A stretch of 25,955 nucleotides of DNA from IMG/VR virus record IMGVR_UViG_3300032024_000071, positions 1-25,955 of that record; one strand, given 5' to 3'. Every line of letters starts with the position of its first letter. Position 1 is the stretch's first letter. The notes under the pieces were generated by a model. That model saw nothing but the letters and a program-made list of their open reading frames with translations, was not told where the DNA came from and searched no databases. Below are positions 7,230 through 15,559 of this stretch, one piece after another. Source of the stretch: a virus. Taxonomy: Duplodnaviria; Caudoviricetes. The position numbers and the translations under genes were made by a program.

Positions 7230-7674
7230 CTACCCGACCATCCTTCAGGTATTGGACAGCGAACAGTTTGTAGACAATACTGAAAGCGAAGACATAGAAG
7301 GTCAGGCAGATTACTACGCTAGCCTGACCCTGTTGACGTTTAAACGTATTCAACAAACAGCTGGACAAAACCTGGATATTGGGCTAGCTGTAGAGTTGAC
7401 CAAGGCAGCCTCAAACTTCGCTATCTCAAACTCTATAGATCAACTTACTTCTCGTCTAGACAAAGGTATTGACCTAGGTGTTGAAAATGCTGGACTGGAG
7501 AACGGTCTTGATAACATTTCTATAGCCTTGACCTCCCTTTACGGAGCAATTGCTTCACTTAAGGTCCATCCAGATAAGGTAGCCTCAGCAGGTGAGATGC
7601 GTGACATTGTGGACTCAGGAATAAAAGCGGTAATGGATAATACTGAGGCCTTTAAAGAGCACCCAAAAGATTAA
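7210..7674 (+). CDS. Hypothetical helical protein (154 aa)
   Basis: SD AGGAG, overlaps the upstream gene end. Confidence 0.75.
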   Translation: MKNTLPNYPTILQVLDSEQFVDNTESEDIEGQADYYASLTLLTFKRIQQTAGQNLDIGLAVELTKAASNFAISNSIDQLTSRLDKGIDLGVENAGLENGLDNISIALTSLYGAIASLKVHPDKVASAGEMRDIVDSGIKAVMDNTEAFKEHPKD

Positions 7675-7703
7675 GGGGCTTCACATCTTAGGAAAATATA
7701 CGG

Positions 7704-7976
7704 GTGACTATTTTAGACTTAAATATTCTCCTGCCTTAAGAGAAGGCAGTCTTACAAAACCTATACTCTGAGTGGGAGGCAGCTCACAAGGAGAAGAACT
7801 GGAAACTGGCTGACAGGCTACGGTCACAGCTAAACATGTGAGATGCTAACATAGTTAATGATAAGCTATGGCATCCTCACTCTGAACAAAACCTTAATAG
7901 GCAGAGAAGGGCATTCCTTAGAATGAGAAGGTATAAATGTGCTGTTTATCCCTGGAACCTTTCTGATGTAACGTAA
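7704..7976 (+). pseudogene. Unannotated ~90-codon gene with two in-frame stops (TAA 7737-7739, TGA 7839-7841)
   Basis: AGGA then GTG 7704. Reads MTILDLNILLP*EKAVLQNLYSEWEAAHKEKNWKLADRLRSQLNM*DANIVNDKLWHPHSEQNLNRQRRAFLRMRRYKCAVYPWNLSDVT* and fills an otherwise empty 320-nt gap. Confidence 0.55.
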
Positions 7977-7997
7977 CCTAAGATTAAGGAAAGCGCC

Positions 7998-8285
7998 GTG
8001 AGTAACACAAGTATCTTACCGTTAGATGAACTTATTAAAGAGAAAGAACGGTCTACACAGATCGCTAATTGGCCCAAACCTATCTGCCAACGTTGCAACA
8101 AGGAGATAGATAAAATGACCATAAAGTTTGAGGTCAACTCTCAGACGTATAAGGTGGAGGTCGAATGCCATTTGGGATATGAAATGTATATAGACTTGAT
8201 GCGGTATTTCTTAAGGGCGTTACTGTCATTGAGAGAGGCCAAGCCTTTAAGAGAAATTAAACTACCAGAAGTTGAGAACACCTAA
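7998..8285 (+). CDS. Hypothetical protein with Zn-ribbon-like motif
   Basis: SD AAGGA with GTG start; CQRC...VECH. Confidence 0.65.
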   Translation: MSNTSILPLDELIKEKERSTQIANWPKPICQRCNKEIDKMTIKFEVNSQTYKVEVECHLGYEMYIDLMRYFLRALLSLREAKPLREIKLPEVENT

Positions 8286-8726
8286 ATGAATCTTATTAAA
8301 CAGACTATACTACACGACCCAGAAAACGGTATACACGGAAACTGCTTATCAGCAGTGCTTTCTTCCCTACTCCATATACCTATCTGCGACATACCAGTAT
8401 TTAGCAACGACGATACCTGGGTCAAAGACCTAAATGCCTGGTTACGTCCTTTAAATCTGGCCTACTTATCTTTCGACGGAAGTTCTGATGAGTGGCTAAA
8501 GACCTTAGGTATTGAGGGACTTTATCACGAAATAGGAGGACCCTCTCCTAGGTACGAAGACACTCTACACGCCTGTGTAGGAAAAGATGGGGAACTACTA
8601 TTCGACCCGCACCCAGATAATACCCTGCTTAAAGAGGTAGAATCATTCGGAGTCTTAATAGCATTGAGACCTTGGGAAGTAGTCACGCCTTTAAGAACAA
8701 AACTATTAGGAGATACCCATGAGTAA
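8286..8726 (+). CDS. Putative papain-like (C39-like) Cys-His-Asp fold protein
   Basis: KQT...GNCLSAVLSSLL, HACVG and FDPHP in the order expected for Gln/Cys/His/Asp. Confidence 0.55.
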   Translation: MNLIKQTILHDPENGIHGNCLSAVLSSLLHIPICDIPVFSNDDTWVKDLNAWLRPLNLAYLSFDGSSDEWLKTLGIEGLYHEIGGPSPRYEDTLHACVGKDGELLFDPHPDNTLLKEVESFGVLIALRPWEVVTPLRTKLLGDTHE

Positions 8727-9549
8727 GAAAAGTAAGAAGGAAAAGAGAGTAACACAGGAACAGATTACAACAACCTATACAGAGAAGCCCTTATACAATA
8801 AGGCTCAGCTAAAGTTCTTAGGAGAATGTGCAACTAACCTACGGGGTGAAAAACCACCTATTAAGATCCTCACCTCGTACTACGATAACATCCAAAATAT
8901 CCCTAAGGAGTATATCTTAATTAGTGTTTCTGGGGGAATATCTAAGGCCATAGAAGAGTCAGTAGATCTCTGGGATAGGACACTTGCCCCTTCTCTTTCT
9001 ATTTATGACGAGTATTCCGCTTCTAGAGACCACGTTAGATATACTGAACGATTCACAGCTGAAAGGCTTACGAAAATAAACTGGGAAGATAAGATACGCA
9101 ACTGGGAAGCCTTATTTCCTAACCGAACACTGGTCTTACTTTGTTACGAAAAACCGGATGAGTTCTGCCACAGGCATCTACTAGCAGAAGCCATTTTTAG
9201 ATCGCTGGGTATCACGGTTGCGGAGTTTAGTAACGACTCTTATATAGATTCCGCCTACCTACAGAGGTTGGAAAATAAGGTTGCTCTCGAGTCTATGCAC
9301 GGCTCTGCTCTATGTACTGTGCAGCGTGAAGATCTTATTCAACTGATACAGAACTACAAGGCTCTGTGTCCTACCACACCACCTGTAATACCTGCTGAGG
9401 CACATTCTTTAGAAGTGTTTTCTCTCAATGCCTGTGAAACAAGCCCTTCAGGTAAAGAGGCATACATTGGATTTAAGCTGGAAAATGGTGACTTTCACTT
9501 TATTTCTGTACCCTATACAGGACCGGTAAAGGAACAGGCAGTGACCTAG
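8719..9549 (+). CDS. DUF488-family protein with N- and C-terminal extensions
   Basis: TSYY...ISVS...LAPS...Y.ERF..E.L...LVLLCYEKPDEFCHRHLLAE signature. SD AGGAG. Confidence 0.75.
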   Translation: MSKKSKKEKRVTQEQITTTYTEKPLYNKAQLKFLGECATNLRGEKPPIKILTSYYDNIQNIPKEYILISVSGGISKAIEESVDLWDRTLAPSLSIYDEYSASRDHVRYTERFTAERLTKINWEDKIRNWEALFPNRTLVLLCYEKPDEFCHRHLLAEAIFRSLGITVAEFSNDSYIDSAYLQRLENKVALESMHGSALCTVQREDLIQLIQNYKALCPTTPPVIPAEAHSLEVFSLNACETSPSGKEAYIGFKLENGDFHFISVPYTGPVKEQAVT

Positions 9550-9723
9550 GTCAAACCCACACAAATCACCACCCGAAGGCGGAGATATACATTTCGGAAC
9601 TTCTGGGCCAGGAAGTTCCTTCTGGAGAATTTGGACCCAAACCTTTAGATACAGGCACGTTAAAGCTGGGTAGATAAAGGTTTCTAACTGCCTGGCCCCC
9701 TTTTAATAAATACCGGAGTACCT

Positions 9724-9954
9724 ATGAGCTTAAATTTAGCCTTTATTAAAGGCAACAAAACGATAGACTTTCCCTATCAAACCCAGACTAAGCTAACAAG
9801 GCATGTATTAGCCGCCAACGACAATGCAACCCGACTGGCCTTGATCTCATACCAATTAGATGTTGACGGGTGGGCAGAACCTGCCCGTAAGAAGATGTTG
9901 GCCCAGATCAGCACGTTGCTGAACACTGAAGGAGTACGGCTGACTAGCCTGTGA
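9724..9954 (+). CDS. Hypothetical protein (76 aa)
   Basis: SD GGAG, coding strand. Confidence 0.7.
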   Translation: MSLNLAFIKGNKTIDFPYQTQTKLTRHVLAANDNATRLALISYQLDVDGWAEPARKKMLAQISTLLNTEGVRLTSL

Positions 9955-9962
9955 GAAATTCA

Positions 9963-9970
9963 TCTGTAAA
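9963..9970 (+). promoter_or_regulatory. Variant motif TCTGTAAA (copy 6)
   Basis: 7/8 match, intergenic, 31 nt before the ATG at 9994. Confidence 0.55.
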
Positions 9971-9993
9971 CCCTACATTCTGAGGATGCATAA

Positions 9994-10221
9994 ATGACCA
10001 CACGATCACGTATACCCAATGGGTCTAGACAAAACCTTGCAGAAGCCCTTCGTTATCGAGGAGAGATTTTTCAGGTAGTTAGGAACAATAAGTGGGTAGA
10101 CCTACCTTATGGTAGTCTCAGTGCTCATGAAAAGGCTCAGGCCTATAAGCACGTTAAAGGCTACGTAGAGCCACGACCCGTCGGCATACGGCCAAGAAAC
10201 TCTGGACGGTTCTTCTCCTAG
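9994..10221 (+). CDS. Hypothetical basic protein (75 aa)
   Basis: SD GAGGA; flanked by the motif upstream and a terminator downstream. Confidence 0.7.
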   Translation: MTTRSRIPNGSRQNLAEALRYRGEIFQVVRNNKWVDLPYGSLSAHEKAQAYKHVKGYVEPRPVGIRPRNSGRFFS

Positions 10222-10247
10222 CAACTGAGATCCACAACTAACCAGAC

Positions 10248-10277
10248 AAAGGAGCATTGATAGCTCCTTTTCCTTTT
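10248..10277 (+). terminator. Rho-independent terminator
   Basis: AAAGGAGC-ATTGATA-GCTCCTTT followed by TCCTTTT. Confidence 0.75.
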
Positions 10278-10292
10278 GCTACAGGATATAGA

Positions 10293-10300
10293 ACTGTAAA
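10293..10300 (+). promoter_or_regulatory. ACTGTAAA motif copy 7
   Basis: After the terminator, 43 nt before the ATG at 10336. Confidence 0.7.
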
Positions 10301-10335
10301 GTTATAGACAAACATGAAACAACCTAGGAGTAATT

Positions 10336-11709
10336 ATGCCTCAAGACGTACAAACCCAACCTTTAGCTCTTCCTAAAGAGCATGTCGTAGATCACACAGT
10401 ACAGATCATGGATAAGATCCATGAAATAAGATCCATCTTAAACTCAATGGTCTTTGAAAGGCAAGAGGAGACTGACGGCATTCTCCTCAGTATTTTATCG
10501 GGCGCTAACACCCTATTCTTAGGTGAGCCTGGAACCGCAAAGACTTTCCACATTCAATTAGCCTCGACCTTGCTCGGTCTCTCTAACTTCGATATCTTGT
10601 TGAGTGAGACAGTTAAGCCTGACCAAATATTTGGGCCAACAGATATACCTGCCCTTGCCCAGGGTCGACAGCAGACCAAATATAAAGGCTATGCTCCGGA
10701 CTGTGAGATACTGTTCTTCGATGAAATATTCAAGGCCAACGCAACTGTCTTAAACCCGCTACTCTGGTTAATCAATGAACGCCTGTTCCGCGATGGGGAT
10801 AACGGCATAGTCAAATGTAAGGTAATGTCTACGTTTGCCGCGTCTAACGAGCTACCTACGGACCCTCTGCTGGCGGCACTATACGATAGATTCCTCTTGA
10901 GGTTTAATGTCTCATACCTCAAGAGTGAAGACAACACCAGAAAACTGATAGGTAAATTCCTCAGTAATCCTGATGAGTTCTCCCCCTTACTATCTAAAGA
11001 AGAAGTTATAGAGCTTCGCCGCCTTACCAAGGCTGTTGTACTTCCTGATGATATGAGAGATCTTGCTATGAAGATACGTCGTCAGGTAGAGCACTCTATG
11101 GGCTTTCGGATAAGTGATAGACGGTTTATTCAGACAATTCGTGTCATACAGGCCTCAGCGGTCTTGAATTGTAGGACTGAGGTACATGCTCAAGACATTG
11201 AGGTCATGGTGAACATCTTATGGAATGAGCCTCAGCAAATATCAAAGATACAGTCCCTTGTTTATGCCTCTACATCTGGTGACACGGTTGCTATCTCCAC
11301 ATACGTAGAGCAAGCAAACCTAATACGGGCTACCTTAGGTGAAGGTACAGGTCTTAGAGCAAAGCTGTCTAAATTGGTAAAGCTTCATCGCCTAACCAAG
11401 GCATTCAAGAGCCGGTACGCCGTTAAGGCTGCTGCTGAGATACGAGAGATAGGGAACGTGGTGCAACACCTTCTAAAAGAACGTGAGGTATTTACCGTTG
11501 TTAAGATAGACTCAGGTCCAACCTCGATCCTAAAATTGTCTCATACTACGGCCTCTGTCTGGGCAACCAAAGAGCTTAGATCATTTGGGTTTCGACATAA
11601 GCGTAAGGGCAACTACTGGTATTATTCGGGAAAGGTATCAACACTAAGGGCCACCTTTGCTAAGGCAGGTATTGAATTTAAGATTAGCTCTGTAGACTTA
11701 AAGGTATGA
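10336..11709 (+). CDS. MoxR-family AAA+ ATPase, RavA-like
   Basis: Walker A GEPGTAKT, Walker B ILFFDEIFKA, ASNELP, LAALYDRFLLR and ISDRR, all typical of RavA. SD AGGAG. Confidence 0.9.
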   Translation: MPQDVQTQPLALPKEHVVDHTVQIMDKIHEIRSILNSMVFERQEETDGILLSILSGANTLFLGEPGTAKTFHIQLASTLLGLSNFDILLSETVKPDQIFGPTDIPALAQGRQQTKYKGYAPDCEILFFDEIFKANATVLNPLLWLINERLFRDGDNGIVKCKVMSTFAASNELPTDPLLAALYDRFLLRFNVSYLKSEDNTRKLIGKFLSNPDEFSPLLSKEEVIELRRLTKAVVLPDDMRDLAMKIRRQVEHSMGFRISDRRFIQTIRVIQASAVLNCRTEVHAQDIEVMVNILWNEPQQISKIQSLVYASTSGDTVAISTYVEQANLIRATLGEGTGLRAKLSKLVKLHRLTKAFKSRYAVKAAAEIREIGNVVQHLLKEREVFTVVKIDSGPTSILKLSHTTASVWATKELRSFGFRHKRKGNYWYYSGKVSTLRATFAKAGIEFKISSVDLKV

Positions 11710-13808
11710 CAACTAAGCACGAAAGGTATGAGCAGACTATTAGGTCTGCTCTGTTACGGCTGTCTAAAAAGATTGGTCCTGAGGTACTTGACATACCTGT
11801 TACCGTTGTGTCTTACAAGGAGACAGGTATAGAGGTTGCTGCTACGGATGCCTCATCGATAATGGTTTCGTCTAAGCTGCTTAAACGTGACCCTCTTAAT
11901 CTAGAGGTATACCTAGCCCATGAGATATTTCACGACGTTATCCACGACGATCAGCTTGTACATGAATTTGACTCTTCGGTCTTAAATGAGGCCGAAGACT
12001 ACCTAATCAACTCTTACCTACTAGAGCTCTATGGGTATGATGTTCTAAACGTAGTCTTCCCTGGACTCTACGCTAAGAAGTATACGGGATGGCCTCTTCT
12101 TAAGATAGCTAAGGCTATACAGAAGACAGGTGTTATCAACGATCACTATTTCTCAAATTCGCATAAACATCCTACGATCTTAAAGGTGGCGAATATACTT
12201 AGGAAACAACTAGGTCTAGACACAGTTAAGAGCATTCTTGAGACAGAACTAGATGATACGTTCTCTAAAGAGCTTAAAAAGGCTTATGACACCTTTAATT
12301 TCAGCAACCTTCCTAACGTTAATCCAGAGGTTGCCATTAGCTCTATCTGGACACTGTTCCATTCTCAGAACATTAAATGGAAACCTGAAAACCTAGGTAA
12401 GTATCTGACTCAGACAGAAGCCATACTACTAGGCCCTGCTATAGACAATGAAGAAACTCTAGACGACCCTGAGTTTGCTCTATTCTGTACCAGGCACCTA
12501 TTAGCTACGTTCAATGATTCCGAGTCATTGGTTAAGAAAAAAATATGGGCCGCCCAATGTAAACTAAATAGAGTCGTAACTAGAATCTACTGCCTTGATG
12601 AAGACTTACAATCAATACGTTCTAGAAAAGAGAGAGACGTAGTTAAGGCTAAATTAGGTAAGCTTGCGGCTAGAATGCCGGCCCTTAAGGCTAAATTAGC
12701 CTACCTTAGCTCTCTACCTTCCCTGAAGACGCTGTTACTTCAACCTACAGGAATTCCTGTTAGGGTTTCCAAAAGGTCTATAAGCCTTCGGTCTACATTA
12801 TCTTCAGCCAGGTTGACCTCTGAATATCCAAAGTTTAGCAGGCGGGCCCCCTTGATCGTACTTCTAAGGGCCCTGCAAAAACTAGCAGGTAGCCCTAAAG
12901 CGATAAAGGAGCTCTACGAACAATTTGCAGGTTTTGCTAAAGACTTTGCTGATGAAGAGGAAGAAGAGAACACTGAAGAACATGGTGAAGATGCAGAAGA
13001 CTCTAATGTTACAGGCAAGCAGGCTGGCCCTAATGGAGATAAATCTTCACCTAGGCTACAGGCCTTAGAAACATTGGCCGCAAACCCTAAGGTGTTCAAA
13101 TCAATTCTTAGAAATGCCTTAGAGTTTGGAGAAAAGCTGATCTCTAAATCTACTTCATCTGTATCTGAATCAGGTTTAATAGACAGGACACTTTCCTTTG
13201 GAAACGACCTATCTCGTACGCCTGCGTCTGAACTAGGTCGATTAGGAAACATGTATACCCAATTGTCGTTTCTTGTTGATCTAGCAAATAGCAATCTCCT
13301 TCAGTATGCGGATACAGATCCTAGAAGGTCACCTTTGATACTAGAATTGGACTGCTCTGGGTCCATGACAGGGAAGAGGTATGAACTGGCTGCGGGTTTT
13401 TGTTTCAGTTTGATCCGTAAAATGCAGACTTCTAACAGAGGCTGCGCGTTAATAAAATTTACAGATGAGGTAGATGAGGTGTTTGTTTGGGATGGAAACA
13501 AGGTATCCCTAGCAACGCTCTTAAAAGCTCTGTCCACACCCTCACTCCAAGGTACAGACTTTGATACAGCACTGACCGAGGCATTCTCAGTCCACAGGAG
13601 ACAAGGTTGGGTAAGGTCTCAGGTACTTCTAATCACTGATGGGTATGGCTCGATTTCACCATCTGTACAGGCCCTAAAACCTTCAGGGTGTAAGGTAACG
13701 GCGATCCTAGTCAATAACAGATATTTGGCAGGTGTCGATGAGTGCATCAATGTAGCCCGCAACAACCTAACGATCGAGCTTGTTCGGGTAGGTAACAGGT
13801 TCCTGTAA
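11706..13808 (+). CDS. VWA-domain partner protein (ViaA/CoxE-like C-terminus) with N-terminal HEXXH metallopeptidase-like domain
   Basis: ATGA overlap with the ATPase. VAATD...LAHEIFH..NEAEDYLIN (DUF2201-N-like), an acidic linker, GNDLSR..ASEL, MIDAS DCSGSM, GTDF and LITDG. Confidence 0.85.
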   Translation: MTTKHERYEQTIRSALLRLSKKIGPEVLDIPVTVVSYKETGIEVAATDASSIMVSSKLLKRDPLNLEVYLAHEIFHDVIHDDQLVHEFDSSVLNEAEDYLINSYLLELYGYDVLNVVFPGLYAKKYTGWPLLKIAKAIQKTGVINDHYFSNSHKHPTILKVANILRKQLGLDTVKSILETELDDTFSKELKKAYDTFNFSNLPNVNPEVAISSIWTLFHSQNIKWKPENLGKYLTQTEAILLGPAIDNEETLDDPEFALFCTRHLLATFNDSESLVKKKIWAAQCKLNRVVTRIYCLDEDLQSIRSRKERDVVKAKLGKLAARMPALKAKLAYLSSLPSLKTLLLQPTGIPVRVSKRSISLRSTLSSARLTSEYPKFSRRAPLIVLLRALQKLAGSPKAIKELYEQFAGFAKDFADEEEEENTEEHGEDAEDSNVTGKQAGPNGDKSSPRLQALETLAANPKVFKSILRNALEFGEKLISKSTSSVSESGLIDRTLSFGNDLSRTPASELGRLGNMYTQLSFLVDLANSNLLQYADTDPRRSPLILELDCSGSMTGKRYELAAGFCFSLIRKMQTSNRGCALIKFTDEVDEVFVWDGNKVSLATLLKALSTPSLQGTDFDTALTEAFSVHRRQGWVRSQVLLITDGYGSISPSVQALKPSGCKVTAILVNNRYLAGVDECINVARNNLTIELVRVGNRFL

Positions 13809-13815
13809 CTGTAAA
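13808..13815 (+). promoter_or_regulatory. ACTGTAAA motif copy 8
   Basis: Abuts the VWA gene stop, 41 nt before the ATG at 13849. Confidence 0.65.
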
Positions 13816-13848
13816 TAGACTAATGAAAACAAACCCAATAGGTAAAAC

Positions 13849-14406
13849 ATGAAACAATCTAACAACAGAGCATTACGGGTCTTTCGTCTTCCCGTCTCCC
13901 GTCTTTCAGCCTCGGACGAAATCTATCTGTCTACAGACAGAATTCTTGCTCTTCCTGGAGGATCTTTAGAATTCCTCTACACTGGCGCAGGGAAAATAGT
14001 CCTTAATCCTAAGGTCGACCTAACATGTTGGGAGGAGACTGACGAGGCTGTTCCGGAAATCCTGTATGCCGATTTTGTAGACGTCCTTGAGCTGGAAAGC
14101 CATCCCCGGTACTACGCCTACCCAATCAGTATACGGCCAGACAGTTTAAGAGATGCCCTAGGTAAGGAATTACCGACAAGTACGCAAATACTCTTTTCCA
14201 TTTACAGGAAGTCTACCTTCTCTGCTGTTCTATCTAGAGAAGAGTATCAGGCAGTATACGATGCCTTAATCGGTAGTCCGTATAGTCTGCCAGAGAAATT
14301 TTCACCGTATGTATTTGCTAGGAGAGTTGGTCCTACTGATATAGAGATCACGACTACTAACGCTAAAGACTACCTTGACAACCTTATTGTTACAAACTAC
14401 TTCTAA
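13849..14406 (+). CDS. Hypothetical protein (185 aa)
   Basis: AGGT SD, long ORF on the coding strand. Confidence 0.75.
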   Translation: MKQSNNRALRVFRLPVSRLSASDEIYLSTDRILALPGGSLEFLYTGAGKIVLNPKVDLTCWEETDEAVPEILYADFVDVLELESHPRYYAYPISIRPDSLRDALGKELPTSTQILFSIYRKSTFSAVLSREEYQAVYDALIGSPYSLPEKFSPYVFARRVGPTDIEITTTNAKDYLDNLIVTNYF

Positions 14407-14517
14407 GGAAAAGACATGTGAGAGATAACAGCCTAGGAATCCTTCGATGGTAGGGTATTCTAACAGAGAATATTACTATAGGCTACAATAAACGGTAGAA
14501 ATGCCAGAGGATAAGAA

Positions 14518-15510
14518 ATGAAAATAATTAACCGTAAGGACTTCTTAGCCTTACCTGCAAACACCCTGTTTGCTAAATATGCAAACTGTAACTTTGAAGA
14601 CATTCAGATAAAGGGAGATACCCTAGGTAATGATTTTCAGTCACAAAGCCTTATAACAGTAGAGTCAACAGGCAGTCTACTGAAAAGTGAGGAAACAGGA
14701 GAGTCTTTCTCACTTGACCTTGAGGGTATGGGAAGGGACAGAGAGTTTGAGGATACTCAACTGTTTGCAGTATATGAAGAGCTAGACCTACAGGGTCTAG
14801 CACTGAAACTTTTAAGCCTCAGTCCAAACCTTGTATTAAACCTTATTGTACGCAACCTCCATAAACCTGAGGTAGCTATAGAGGTAAACGTTTTAAATCA
14901 AAAGACAGAGCATTGGGTCACATTAGGCTATGAGCCTGATTTACCTCCAGGGGTCCTTGATACCTGGATCTTACAAGGGCGAGAAGATACCGTTAAGCGG
15001 CGAGGATATACACCGTACATATACCATGTAGATGAGTACCCATTCCTACCTCAGGTAGCTTCTCAGTCTGCAACAGAGGGTATACAGGAAACACCTAATT
15101 ATTTATCCGTAATAGCAGATATCTCCATTGTCTTAAATTCGGTACCTGTTAGGTATGAAGACCAAGTTGCGGTCTGGACAGGTATACCTGTAGTAGAATA
15201 CAATATCAAGACAAATAGCCTATACCTAGGATCTGCAGCCAATCATCCTAAGATTGACCTATTTACTGTCCTGGCAGGTAGGTACGGCATAGCTCTATTG
15301 GATACCGACTGGAAGACTGAATATTCCAGAGAGTTTGGACGGGTATATGGGTACCAGGCATTAGTAAAGGAAATATTTGTAGGTACTACCTCAACAGGTA
15401 CATATCGGATTAGGAAAGAAGGCTTTCCTAATACATTTGATGACGAGTACTCTAGGGAGAACATAGAGTCAATGACCCAAATACTACGTACAAGCTCTTC
15501 AAAAGAGTAG
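14518..15510 (+). CDS. Hypothetical protein (330 aa), probably multi-domain
   Basis: SD GAGGA, long ORF, no catalytic motif recognised. Confidence 0.75.
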   Translation: MKIINRKDFLALPANTLFAKYANCNFEDIQIKGDTLGNDFQSQSLITVESTGSLLKSEETGESFSLDLEGMGRDREFEDTQLFAVYEELDLQGLALKLLSLSPNLVLNLIVRNLHKPEVAIEVNVLNQKTEHWVTLGYEPDLPPGVLDTWILQGREDTVKRRGYTPYIYHVDEYPFLPQVASQSATEGIQETPNYLSVIADISIVLNSVPVRYEDQVAVWTGIPVVEYNIKTNSLYLGSAANHPKIDLFTVLAGRYGIALLDTDWKTEYSREFGRVYGYQALVKEIFVGTTSTGTYRIRKEGFPNTFDDEYSRENIESMTQILRTSSSKE

Positions 15511-15559
15511 ACCAAAATAGGTCACTAAACTAATAACAATAATCGAATAAGGACTACCA

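Noticed and set aside
1855-7841. Genome-wide stop-codon reassignment as the explanation for the in-frame stops
   Set aside because: The interrupting codons differ (TAA, TAA, TGA), all three stops end well-defined genes here, and the long conserved genes are uninterrupted under the standard code.
9596-9619. Hairpin GGAACTTC-TGGGCCAG-GAAGTTCC as a terminator
   Set aside because: No real U-tract follows, and it lies within a possible degraded reading frame.
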